64,000 nt of DNA from Nitrospirota bacterium (GTDB lineage Bacteria > Nitrospirota > JACRHJ01). Numbering within the stretch: the stretch's first letter is position 1; each line of letters starts with the position of its first letter. This document shows positions 35,515 to 44,807 of this stretch, piece after piece. A model generated the notes under the pieces. That model had not been told where the DNA came from. It was given only the letters and a program-made list of their open reading frames with translations, and did no database searches. Position numbers and translations under genes: made by a program. The stretch spans positions 64,001-128,000 of the forward strand of contig CAWJRJ010000018.1 in NCBI GenBank assembly GCA_963845245.1, in the 5' to 3' direction.

Positions 35515-35992
35515 ATGGGCTTTTACGACGAAGTGATTTTGAAAGACGCCCGCTATAAGAGCAAGAAACTGGTTGCTGATATGGGCCTACTGGAGCCTGT
35601 GATGCGGCAGAAAGTGGAAGCGGTAATTGAAGATGCGAAGGCCCACGGAATAAACCTTATGGTATTTGAAACTTTTCGCAGCCTGGCCCGGCAGGAAGAG
35701 CTTTTCGCGCAGGGCGCGACAAAGCTGAAAAAAGTTGGGGTCCATAATTACGGGCTTGCCTGTGATATAGTGAAGTCAGTTGGCGGCACCCCTTCCTGGA
35801 AGGGGGACTTTTCTTTGCTGGGTCAGCTTGCACGTGAGCACGGTCTGATATGGGGCGGTGACTGGGGTTCACCCAAATCAAGGCATAGCTTTGTTGATCC
35901 GGTCCACGTGCAGAGGATAACTGTGGCGAAAGCAGGCTGCATTGTTTAAGGGCGAATGGTATCCGGACGATGACTACGACCCGTATAAATAA
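35515..35992 (+). CDS. M15-family metallopeptidase (L-Ala-D-Glu peptidase-like); probable frameshift near 35930
   Basis: ETFRSLARQEELFAQG, HNYGLACD, LIWGGDW, DPVHVQ. Confidence 0.8.
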
Positions 35993-35999
35993 TAATGTC

Positions 36000-37121
36000 T
36001 CATTTCGCCATGCCGCAGAGGTTCTTCCCTATCTCAAGTTCTTTCAGTGTTGCCTCGTCCGGTCTATTCCAGCCGAGGTTGACCTTTCTGATATCCTGAT
36101 ACCGTTCGGGGTTTATCGGGAGGCTTGAGTTGACGAAAGATATGAACGGTTTGATATCCCTTATCCGGTAGAGGTCTTTCTCGCGCCTTGCATCACCCAA
36201 TGTTGTTTTGATTGTGTTATTAGAGTCCTGCTCGCTCAAGGAAGTAGCATGGGAGGGCAGCACTATCGTATCGTCTGGCAGCCCAGACAGTGTGTCGAAA
36301 AGGGTGTCATGGAGCTGGACAGCCCATTCCTCGGCCTTGCCACCGAGGTCCGGCCTTCCGATGCTTTGCTTCATTATTATGTCACCAGTGAACAGGAAAC
36401 GCTTATCAAGATAGAATGATGTGCTGCCAGGGGTGTGGCCCGGTGTATGGATGGCCTCGATGGTGTTTGCGCCAAAACGGACCAGTTGACGATCGGCCAA
36501 CGGGTTAAATCCTATCGTAGCTCCGCCCATGTCTCCCGGGTGGATATAATAAATGGCACCAGCCTTATCGGCAAGTTCTCTGCCGCCGGATATATGGTCG
36601 GCATGCAGGTGGGTGTCGAGCACGTACTTGATCTTTACGCCAAGCTTCTCGGACAAGGCAATAACGTGGTCAAAGTGGCGGGTGACGTCTATTGCGACGG
36701 CCTCCTTGCCTGAAACCACCATGTATGAGATACAACCCCTTGCCGCCCTGAATATCTGGTAGATGGCAGGCGTGTCGTTAACCTTGACATCTTCGTAGAA
36801 CTCGCTCCAGGAATCCAGCCCACCTTCGACTGCTATTGCGTTGAATCCATTCTGTTGTAGTTGTTCCGCTGAATATTTCGCTGCGTCGCCGTGCGGGCAG
36901 ATAATTGTAATCTGTCTGTTTTTTGGGAACCTGTCGAGGTATTTCTCCTCTTCGCCGACGAACATGACCTGCGGGATGTTCAGTGTCTCAATGGGGATAT
37001 GGCCCTCGATACGCCACGCCTCGAAGTCTTGTTCATTTCTCAGATCGAAGAGGAACTGCACCTCATTGTTGTCGAGCATCCTCTTGAATTCTGTTACTGA
37101 AACCGAAAACTTGCCGTCCAT
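36000..37121 (-). CDS. Rhodanese-domain plus MBL-fold metallo-hydrolase (persulfide dioxygenase-like)
   Basis: N-terminal rhodanese (DLRNEQDFEAWRIEG, IICPHG, GGLDSW) and THLHADHISG, TPGHTPGS, FTGD, GRPDL. Confidence 0.85.
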   Translation of the reverse strand: MDGKFSVSVTEFKRMLDNNEVQFLFDLRNEQDFEAWRIEGHIPIETLNIPQVMFVGEEEKYLDRFPKNRQITIICPHGDAAKYSAEQLQQNGFNAIAVEGGLDSWSEFYEDVKVNDTPAIYQIFRAARGCISYMVVSGKEAVAIDVTRHFDHVIALSEKLGVKIKYVLDTHLHADHISGGRELADKAGAIYYIHPGDMGGATIGFNPLADRQLVRFGANTIEAIHTPGHTPGSTSFYLDKRFLFTGDIIMKQSIGRPDLGGKAEEWAVQLHDTLFDTLSGLPDDTIVLPSHATSLSEQDSNNTIKTTLGDARREKDLYRIRDIKPFISFVNSSLPINPERYQDIRKVNLGWNRPDEATLKELEIGKNLCGMAK

Positions 37122-37261
37122 GTTGAACCCCCTAAAGGCATATGAAAAATGCATTCGATACTATAAGACTGCCGTGATTTTATAACTAACTATGGTTAAG
37201 TTTACCTCGGATGCGCGAGATTTTCAATTGACTTAGCCTCTTTTTAATGTATACTCGAATG

Positions 37262-37412
37262 TATATTTATAACCTAAATCCAGGGAAGACGGTGTGAACC
37301 CGTCACTGCCCCGCAACTGTAAACGGTTAGCCCTATCCATTTAGCCACTGTCCACAAAAGGATGGGAAGGCTGGACAAGGGTGACGATCCGTAAGTCAGG
37401 ATACCTGGTATA
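37262..37412 (+). promoter_or_regulatory. Cobalamin riboswitch (upstream of cobO)
   Basis: AGGGAA..GGTG..ACTGCCCCGCAACTGTA, GCCACTG...TGGGAAGG, AGTCAGGATACCTG. Confidence 0.9.
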
Positions 37413-37461
37413 GCTTATTACCTTCCGAGGGGGAGGGTGGGCGCGTACCGAAGCATCCGCA

Positions 37462-37497
37462 CCCCCTGTCCCCAAAAAGGCAGGGTTTTTTGTTTTG
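37462..37497 (+). terminator. Riboswitch expression-platform terminator
   Basis: ccctgtc-loop-ggcaggg followed by ttttttgtttt just before the cobO RBS. Confidence 0.65.
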
Positions 37498-37504
37498 GAG
37501 GGTT

Positions 37505-38046
37505 ATGCCGGAAAAAGGCCTGACACACGTATATACCGGTTTATCAAAGGGCAAGACGACTGCCGCGTTCGGACTTGCTTTGCGGGCGCTTGGGAACGGC
37601 ATGAAGGTGCTTGTCATCCAGTTCCTCAAAGGCGGCGGCAGACTCTCCGGAGAGGCCAGGTTTCTCTCCGAAGACGCCAGGAGCGGAGGTTATATGCTTC
37701 ACCGACCAGCGCCACCCGATCTTCTCTGAAGGATAAAGATGGAGATAACGAGGCCCTTGTTGCCTCGATAAAACGAGGCTTCGAGACAGCCCGCGATAAG
37801 ATTCTTTCAGGGACATACGGCCTGGTGGTGCTCGACGAGATAAACAACTGCATGCGCGAGGGCTGGCTTGATGTCCGTGAGGTAGTGAGACTCATCGAGG
37901 AAAAGCCGGATAGTGTTGAGCTTGTGCTGACCGGCAGGGGCTGCCCCAAAGAGATTATAGACGTCGCCGACTATGTCACCGAGATGCAGGTGGTAAAACA
38001 CCCGGCGCAAAATGGAGTGAAGGCCAGGAAAGGGATAGAATATTGA
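37505..38046 (+). CDS. cobO: Cob(I)yrinate a,c-diamide adenosyltransferase CobO/BtuR; frameshifted near 37670-37725
   Basis: HVYTGLSKGKTTAAFGLALRA, IQFLKG, VLDEIN, ELVLTGR, ADYVTEM..KHP...ARKGIEY. Confidence 0.88.
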
Positions 38047-38565
38047 GCTTTGTGTTTGTTACAGGAGGCGCGCGTTCCGGAAAAAGCGACTATGCGATGT
38101 CGCTTGCGGAAAAGGCCGGTGGGTGGCTTGTATATATAGCTACCGCATCGGCGGGTGACGACGAGATGCGCGATCGTATTGAGATACACAGGCGTTCACG
38201 CGGCATGAACTGGAAGACCATTGAGGAACCGCTCGATATTGTCCGGTGCTGTCTCTTCTCTGGGTGGAGACGGTGTCTCCATAGTGATCGACTGCCTGAC
38301 TTTATGGCTCACAAACCTCATGATGGATGACTCAGACGGGTTTGAGGAAACGGCACTGGACAGGGCACGTGAGTTGGCGAATGCGCTGCGTGCGTTCAAG
38401 GGTAATGTGGTTGTAGTTTCGAATGAGGTCGGCCTCGGCATTGTGCCTGAAAACGCACTTTCCAGGAGGTTCAGAGACGCTGCCGGCCTCGCGAACAGGG
38501 TTATGGCCGCCTCCGCCGATGAGGTCTATCTGGTGGTATCCGGGATACCGGTGAAGATAAAATAA
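38043..38565 (+). CDS. cobU: Adenosylcobinamide kinase/guanylyltransferase; frameshift near 38240
   Basis: [43 protein letters not shown]. Confidence 0.9.
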
Positions 38566-38581
38566 TAGAGGAAGGCAAATC

Positions 38582-39643
38582 ATGGGTCTTTTAAGCGATA
38601 CACTCGAATTAATCAAAACCGTGGACGATTCCCGCGCGCACGAGATACAGCGCAGGCTGGACAACAAGACCAAGCCGCCCGGAAGCCTCGGACGCCTCGA
38701 GGAACTGGCGAAGAGCGTCTGCCTTATGACCGGCAAGGACGACCCGGATGTAGGCAAGAAGGCGGTCTTCGTATTCGCCGGAGACCACGGCGTTGCGGAT
38801 GAAGGCGTGAGCGCGTACCCAAAGGCCGTTACCGCGCAGATGGTCTATAACTTCGTTCGGGGCGGCGCGGGTGTCAACGTGCTGGCCCGGCATGTTGGCG
38901 CGGAAGTCATCGTCGCGGATATCGGTGTTGACCACGACTTCGAGCCGGTGGACGGCCTTCGCATCGTCAAAGTGGCACACGGCACGAAGAACATGGCGGC
39001 CGGACCTGCCATGACAAGGGATGAGGCGGTGCGGGCGATCGAGGTCGGCATAGGCATTGTGAACGAATTTGCACAGAAGGGCTACGGTATTGTCGGTACT
39101 GGCGACATGGGCATAGCCAACACGACGCCGTCTGCCGCGATTGCCGCCGTGTTCACTGGCCTGCCGGTCGAGTCTGTAACCGGTTACGGTACCGGCATAA
39201 CTGACTCAAGCTTTGCGAACAAGGTCTCGGTGATAAAGAGGGCCATAGATGTAAACAGGCCGGACCCGGCTGACGCGCTCGACGTGCTTGCAAAGGTTGG
39301 CGGGCTTGAGATAGCCGGTATTGCCGGTGTGGTCCTTGGCGCAGCCGCAAACAGGATACCTGTGGTGGTGGACGGCTTCATATCCTCCGCAGGCGCGCTT
39401 GTCGCGTGCGAGTTGAAGCCTGAGGTGAAATCATATATAATAGCTGCACACCGCTCGGTCGAGGTCGGACACATGGCCGTGTTGAGCAGGATCGGCCAAA
39501 CGCCGCTCCTTGACCTTGGCATGCGCCTTGGCGAGGGTACCGGCGCAGCCCTGGCGATGGGTCTTGTGGATGCCGGTCTTAAAATACTTCGGGAGATGGC
39601 GACCTTCGGCGAGGCCGGGGTGGAGTCGGACAAGATAAACTGA
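38582..39643 (+). CDS. cobT: Nicotinate-nucleotide-dimethylbenzimidazole phosphoribosyltransferase
   Basis: [40 protein letters not shown]. Confidence 0.95.
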   Translation: MGLLSDTLELIKTVDDSRAHEIQRRLDNKTKPPGSLGRLEELAKSVCLMTGKDDPDVGKKAVFVFAGDHGVADEGVSAYPKAVTAQMVYNFVRGGAGVNVLARHVGAEVIVADIGVDHDFEPVDGLRIVKVAHGTKNMAAGPAMTRDEAVRAIEVGIGIVNEFAQKGYGIVGTGDMGIANTTPSAAIAAVFTGLPVESVTGYGTGITDSSFANKVSVIKRAIDVNRPDPADALDVLAKVGGLEIAGIAGVVLGAAANRIPVVVDGFISSAGALVACELKPEVKSYIIAAHRSVEVGHMAVLSRIGQTPLLDLGMRLGEGTGAALAMGLVDAGLKILREMATFGEAGVESDKIN

Positions 39644-39644
39644 T

Positions 39645-40401
39645 ATGCCAAGCTTTCTTACCGCAATTAATTTCCTGACGATATTCCCGTTTGCCAGAGG
39701 CAAGGCGGTGGAGCCGCGCGAGCTCGCATCCTCCATGGCCCTGTTCCCGCTCGTCGGGGTCTGGCTTGGCGCATGCATGTGGTTGATGGACAAGTACCTG
39801 TGTCTCATCCTTCCCGGTATGGGTGGTCGCATGCCTTATCGTCGCCTTCCTGGCGATAGTAACCGGCGGGCTGCACCTGGATGGTTTTGCCGATACGCTG
39901 GACGGGTTTTATGCCGGACGCGGCGACCGTGCCAGGACGCTTGAGGTAATGAAGGACAGCAGGGTCGGCGCAATGGGCGTAATCGGCCTTGTGCTTCTGC
40001 TTATGCTCAAGGTTGCCGCTGTTGCGAGTATACCTACAGGGCTTCGCGGGCAGGCGCTCCTTCTAATGCCTGCCATATCCCGCTGGTCGCAGGTGCAGGT
40101 ATCCATAGGTTCGGAATATGCGCGCAAGGAAGGGAGCCTCGCGAAGGCGTTCGTCGAGTTCCTGGAATGGAAACACTTTGCGACGGCAACGATCGTTACC
40201 TGTGTCGCTGTCGTTTTGCTCTCCGGTACATACGGCATGGCTGCCTTTGCAGTGGCCGGTATCTTTACCTTCGCCGCAAGGGCGTATTTTAAAAGCAGGA
40301 TAGGCGGTGTTACCGGGGACACCATAGGCGCCGTCAATGAGATTAACGAGGTGCTGGTGCTTCTTGTTTTTTGCGTGTCGTTGGAAATATTCAAGGGGTA
40401 G
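39645..40401 (+). CDS. cobS: Cobalamin 5'-phosphate synthase; frameshift near 39820
   Basis: FLTIFP, FPLVG, TGGLHLDGFADTLDG, MKDSRVGAMG, GGVTGDTIGA. Confidence 0.92.
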
Positions 40402-40408
40402 GATAAAT

Positions 40409-41005
40409 ATGTATACTAGACTTTACCTTTGCAGGCATGGGGAGGTAAACGGCGACGGACAGCGGAGGTATAACGGCCACCGCGACGTCGATATAACCGA
40501 AGTCGGCGTCAGGCAGATGGAGGCGCTCAGGGAAAAGCTGAAGGGTGCGTCCCTTTCCGGCATCTATTCATCTGACCTGATCAGGACGATAAAGGGTGCC
40601 GAGATTATAGGCGAGGCACATGATGCTCCAAAGATAAAAAAGCCGGAGTTCAAGGAGCGTGGAGTCGGGCTGTGGGAAGGGCTGAGCTTTGACGAGATTG
40701 CGACCAGATACCCCGATGACTGGAATGCATGGCTTAGCGATGTAGTCCATTTCGTCCCGCCCGGAGGCGAATCCGTCCAGGAGGTCTCAGACCGCGTACT
40801 TCCGGCGCTGTATCAGGCCATGGAGGAACATAAAGGCAGCGAGATAGTTCTTGTCGCGCATGGCGGCGTAAACAGGGTGATACTCTCGCACGCGCTCGGA
40901 CTTGACATGAAGCATATATTCAGAATAGAACAGGCGTACGGCGCACTTAATATAATCGACTTCTACCACGACGGGTACCCGGTGGTGAAACTTCTGAACG
41001 GATAA
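40409..41005 (+). CDS. cobC: Alpha-ribazole phosphatase (histidine phosphatase family)
   Basis: RHGE, SSDLIR, GLWEG, PPGGES, AHGG; follows cobS. Confidence 0.85.
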   Translation: MYTRLYLCRHGEVNGDGQRRYNGHRDVDITEVGVRQMEALREKLKGASLSGIYSSDLIRTIKGAEIIGEAHDAPKIKKPEFKERGVGLWEGLSFDEIATRYPDDWNAWLSDVVHFVPPGGESVQEVSDRVLPALYQAMEEHKGSEIVLVAHGGVNRVILSHALGLDMKHIFRIEQAYGALNIIDFYHDGYPVVKLLNG

Positions 41006-41011
41006 ATAAAT

Positions 41012-42394
41012 ATGCAAGGTTCAATAATACTGGCAGGCACGAACAGCGGCGTCGGGAAGACGACCATAAGCATCGGCATAATGGCCGCGCTCAAGGCACG
41101 CGGCTTCAACGTCCAGCCCTTCAAGGTCGGCCCGGACTTCATCGACCCTGCATACCACGCCCATGTCACCGGAAAGATTTCAAGGAACCTCGACGGCTGG
41201 ATGATGGGAGTGAAGGCGGTGCGGGAGGTCTACGCGAGGGCATCTGAGGGCTGTGATATATCTATCATTGAGGGTGTCATGGGCCTGTTCGACGGTACCG
41301 GCAAGAACGGCCTTCAGGGGAGCACTGCCGAGGCCGCGAAGCTGACAGGCGCGCCGGTAATCCTTATCGTTGACGCAAGGAGCATGGCCGGGAGCGCCGC
41401 CGCGGTGGTCAAGGGTTTCGAGTCGCTCGACCCCGATGTCAAGGTAGAAGGCGTAATTTTGAACCGTGTCGGCTCCAAGAGGCATGAGGACCTGCTCAGG
41501 CAGGCGATTGCAAAACACTGCCGGGCAAAGGTCATTGGAGTAATACCCAGAGACGAGGCGCTTGAGATACCGTCCAGGCACCTGGGCCTTACCACTGACG
41601 TGGCGAGCATTCTTACAAAAAAATATCATCAAGAAGCTGACGGCTACTATTGAATCATCGGTGGACATGGATTCGCTTTTGAAAATATCCAGAAAGGCAA
41701 GCAAACCCGAGGCCTGTGCTACTATCCCGGTTGTCAAGAAATCGGCCCGCATTGCAGTCGCAATGGATGAGGCCTTCTGCTTCTATTACAAGGACAACCT
41801 GGAACTGCTTGAGTCATATGGCCTGGAGATAGTCCCGTTCAGTCCGCTCAAGGACGATGGCCTTGCCTGCAGGATATAAAAGGCATATACATCGGCGGCG
41901 GCTACCCGGAGATGTATGCGCGTGGCCTTGCCTTCAATGACTTCGTAAAGCACGACATAAAGGCCGCGGCGGATGCAGGGATACCGATATACGCCGAGTG
42001 CGGCGGACTTATGTACCTGACGCAGGGAATTACTGACCTCGAAGGTGTTTTCTTTCCTATGTCGGGAGTCCTTCCTACGAAGGCGAAGATGCTCCCAAAA
42101 AGAAAGGCGCTCGGCTACCGCGAGGTAACGGTATCGAAAGGGACTTTCTTCCCGGAAGGCGGGAAGGCCCGCGGGCACGAGTTCCATTACTCGGAGATCG
42201 AGTCGATGGGAGCAGGTATCAAGACAGCATACTCGATGCGTAAGATAGGCGAAGAAAAGGAAGTAAAGGAAGGATTTGTAACGGCGAACGTGCTGGCAAG
42301 CTACGTGCACCTGCATTTTATGTCAAACAGGTCGTTTGCCAAATCGTTCGCTGACAATATAAATAAGGTACAGGCGCCCTTTAAAAGGGCTTAA
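41012..42394 (+). CDS. cbiA: Cobyrinate a,c-diamide synthase; frameshifts near 41620 and 41865
   Basis: [63 protein letters not shown]. Confidence 0.9.
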
Positions 42395-42530
42395 AAGGGA
42401 ACCCCGTGAGATACGGGGGCGGGCCCGCCGCTGTTACCGGGGACGAAACCCCAATACGCCACTGTCCGGCCATAAGCCGGATGGGAAGGTGGGGTCAAGG
42501 ACGAACCGGAAGCCAGAAGACCTGCCTGAT
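42365..42530 (+). promoter_or_regulatory. Second cobalamin riboswitch (upstream of bzaF), overlapping the cbiA 3' end
   Basis: AAAAGGGAACCCCGTG..CGGGGCGGGCCCGCCGCTGT, GCCACTG...TGGGAAGG, AAGCCAGAAGACCTGCC. Confidence 0.9.
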
Positions 42531-42611
42531 ACCATATGAATGCAACCGCTGGCTGCGTGTTTTGCAGGGATGGCCTTCGAGGAAAAGGGCCGGAAGCGGA
42601 CGCGTATGCTC

Positions 42612-42650
42612 CAACCCCGGTCTTAAAAGAGGCCGGGGTTTTTTGTTTTA
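42612..42650 (+). terminator. Riboswitch expression-platform terminator
   Basis: aaccccggtctt-aaa-agaggccggggtt followed by a T-tract before the bzaF RBS. Confidence 0.8.
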
Positions 42651-42664
42651 GAAGGAGGAATAAA

Positions 42665-43988
42665 ATGTCGTCACAGGTTGAACTGGCAGTGAAAGGGATT
42701 ATCACGAAACAAATGGAGGCAGTTGCGGCACAGGAGGGCGTAACGCCTGAGTACGTGCGCGACATGACCGCACAGGGGAAGATCGTTATACCGAACAACA
42801 TAAACCGTGTGTCCAACGTCGTCGGTATTGGCAAGGGCCTGAAGACGAAGATAAACGCGAGCATCGGCACGTCGACGGATATCGCAGACATGGCCCTTGA
42901 GATGGAAAAGGCGAAGACAGCCGAGGCATGCGGTGCCGACTCGTTGATGGAGCTTTCAGTCGGCGGCGACATCCCGAAGATCAGGCGTGAGATATTATCG
43001 TCCATAAACCTTCCTGTCGGTACAGTGCCGCTGTACCAGGCATTCGCACAGGCGATAAAGAAATACGGCAGCCCGGTGGACATGCCGGCGGAGATGCTTT
43101 TCGACGTGATCGAGGAGCAGTGCGCGGACGGCATAGCGTTCATGGCCATCCATTGCGGGATCAACCGCGTGACGATCGACAGGCTTAAAAAGCAGGGCTA
43201 CCGCTACGGCGGTCTGGTATCAAAGGGCGGCGCGTACATGGTCGCATGGATGATGCACAACAACAAGGAGAACCCGCTTTTCGAGCATTTCGACAGGGTG
43301 GCCGAGATATTGAAGAAATACGACTGCGTCCTCTCGCTCGGAAACGGGTTCAGGGCCGGTGCTATACACGACTCCTCCGACCGCTGCCAGATGCAGGAGC
43401 TGATCATAAACTGCGAACTTGCCGAGGAAGGCAGGAGGCAGGGCTGCCAGATGATGGTTGAGGGGCCGGGCCATATCCCAATCGATGAGATAGAGGCAAA
43501 CATAATCATCCAGAAGCGGATGTCGAACGAGGCGCCGTTTTATGTGCTCGGGCCTATTACCACTGACGTCGCGCCGGGATACGACCATATCACGTCGGCG
43601 ATAGGTGCGTCGCTCTCATCCGCATACGGCGCGGACTTCATATGCTACGTAACTCCATCAGAGCACCTGGCGCTCCCAAATGTCCAGGACGTGAAGGACG
43701 GAGTGATGGCGGCCAAGATAGCCGCATATATAGGGGACATGATTAAATACAAAAACCGCGACCGTGACAAGGAAATGAGCCTGGCGCGCCGTTCGCTCGA
43801 CTGGAACAAACAGTTTGAGCCTCGCCATAACCGGCGACAGGCCGCGCGAGATAAGGGCATCCAGAATGCCCGCTGAAGAAGGTTCCTGCACTATGTGCGG
43901 AGAATTCTGCGCAACCAAAATAGTCACAAAGTATTTTGAGACTGATATTGAAAGAGGGGACAAGAAGTGGGCCTGCAGTCCGCTTTAA
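42665..43988 (+). CDS. bzaF: ThiC-like 5-hydroxybenzimidazole synthase BzaF; frameshift near 43820
   Basis: ThiC fold (KINASIGTS, VEGPGH, TPSEHL, C-terminal CTMCGEFC) with residues I recall as BzaF-type (MELS, VSKGG, GNGFRAGAIHD, QELIINCEL); under a cobalamin riboswitch in a cob cluster. Confidence 0.8.
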
Positions 43989-44003
43989 GGATGGAAGGCC
44001 GGC

Positions 44004-44690
44004 TTAATCGCCGGCCTTTTTATTTAGCTCGACATCAAGGTTCACTGTCGCCCCTGGAGCAATAAGGGCAGTAGCAACATAGTCCTTGTAGCCTTCCTTT
44101 GTTATCTTCACGTCATGTTTTCCGGGTGGGAGAATGATCGTCTCCTCTGCCTTTCCGGACGAGAGGTATTCCTTCTCGTCTATATATATAACTACGTTGG
44201 GCTTGCTGGACCGGATTACAAGTGAACCGTAATCGGCCTGATCGACCTCGCCTTCTGCAAGGGGCTCAAGGTGATATGTTATAGTGGTTGTGTCGTCAGG
44301 GGTGACGGTAAAATTCACCGTGTAGGACCTGTAGCCTTTGAGCTTGAACTGCGCCTTGTGGACTCCAAGCGGCAGTTTGAGGTTGTAGAACCATCCGTCG
44401 AAGTCATCTGCTATTCCGAAATACTTGTCGTCAACCCATACCTCAGCCTTGTCAGGTTCAACTTTTGTGCGCAGGTAGCCGTAATTGGAAGGGTAGTAGT
44501 AATAAGGGTAGTATCCTGGGCCGTACCAGGGGTAATATCCCGGTCCATAGTAAGAGTCGTACCAGTATGGAGCATATCCTACGGAGCCACCGATGAACAC
44601 GTCTGTCCTGGCCTGGCTTTGCAGAGGGTAAGCTCCCGTCAATAATGCCGCAAACGAGAAGATTAAAACAAACTTCCCCAACATTCTCAT
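44004..44690 (-). CDS. Secreted protein with a Tyr/Pro/Gly-rich segment and two PEGA domains
   Basis: Signal peptide; YYGPGYYPWYGPGYYPYYYYP; G.L...EP..AEVWVD..G.H......GY pattern twice. Confidence 0.75.
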   Translation of the reverse strand: MRMLGKFVLIFSFAALLTGAYPLQSQARTDVFIGGSVGYAPYWYDSYYGPGYYPWYGPGYYPYYYYPSNYGYLRTKVEPDKAEVWVDDKYFGIADDFDGWFYNLKLPLGVHKAQFKLKGYRSYTVNFTVTPDDTTTITYHLEPLAEGEVDQADYGSLVIRSSKPNVVIYIDEKEYLSSGKAEETIILPPGKHDVKITKEGYKDYVATALIAPGATVNLDVELNKKAGD

Positions 44691-44754
44691 AGGGACCTCC
44701 ATTTCTTTTCTGTTATCAATTTTATCACTCACCCCCGTAATATTCAACCAAGCC

Positions 44755-44784
44755 AAAAAAAAAGGCCCTCAAAAGGGCCTTTTC
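44755..44784 (-). terminator. Intrinsic terminator
   Basis: aaaaaggccc-tcaaaa-gggcctttt. Confidence 0.75.
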
Positions 44785-44807
44785 AGTATTGTTAATGTAT
44801 GTGTTTA

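Noticed and set aside
35515..35992. M15 peptidase as evidence of a prophage endolysin
   Set aside because: No holin, structural or integrase genes are nearby; it is a stand-alone gene.
37505..42394. Cobamide genes as pseudogenes
   Set aside because: All catalytic motifs are intact on both sides of each break, and equally frequent breaks hit essential genes, so assembly error is more likely.
42665..43988. Annotation as the thiamine gene thiC
   Set aside because: The cobalamin riboswitch, cob context and BzaF-type residues argue for benzimidazole synthesis.
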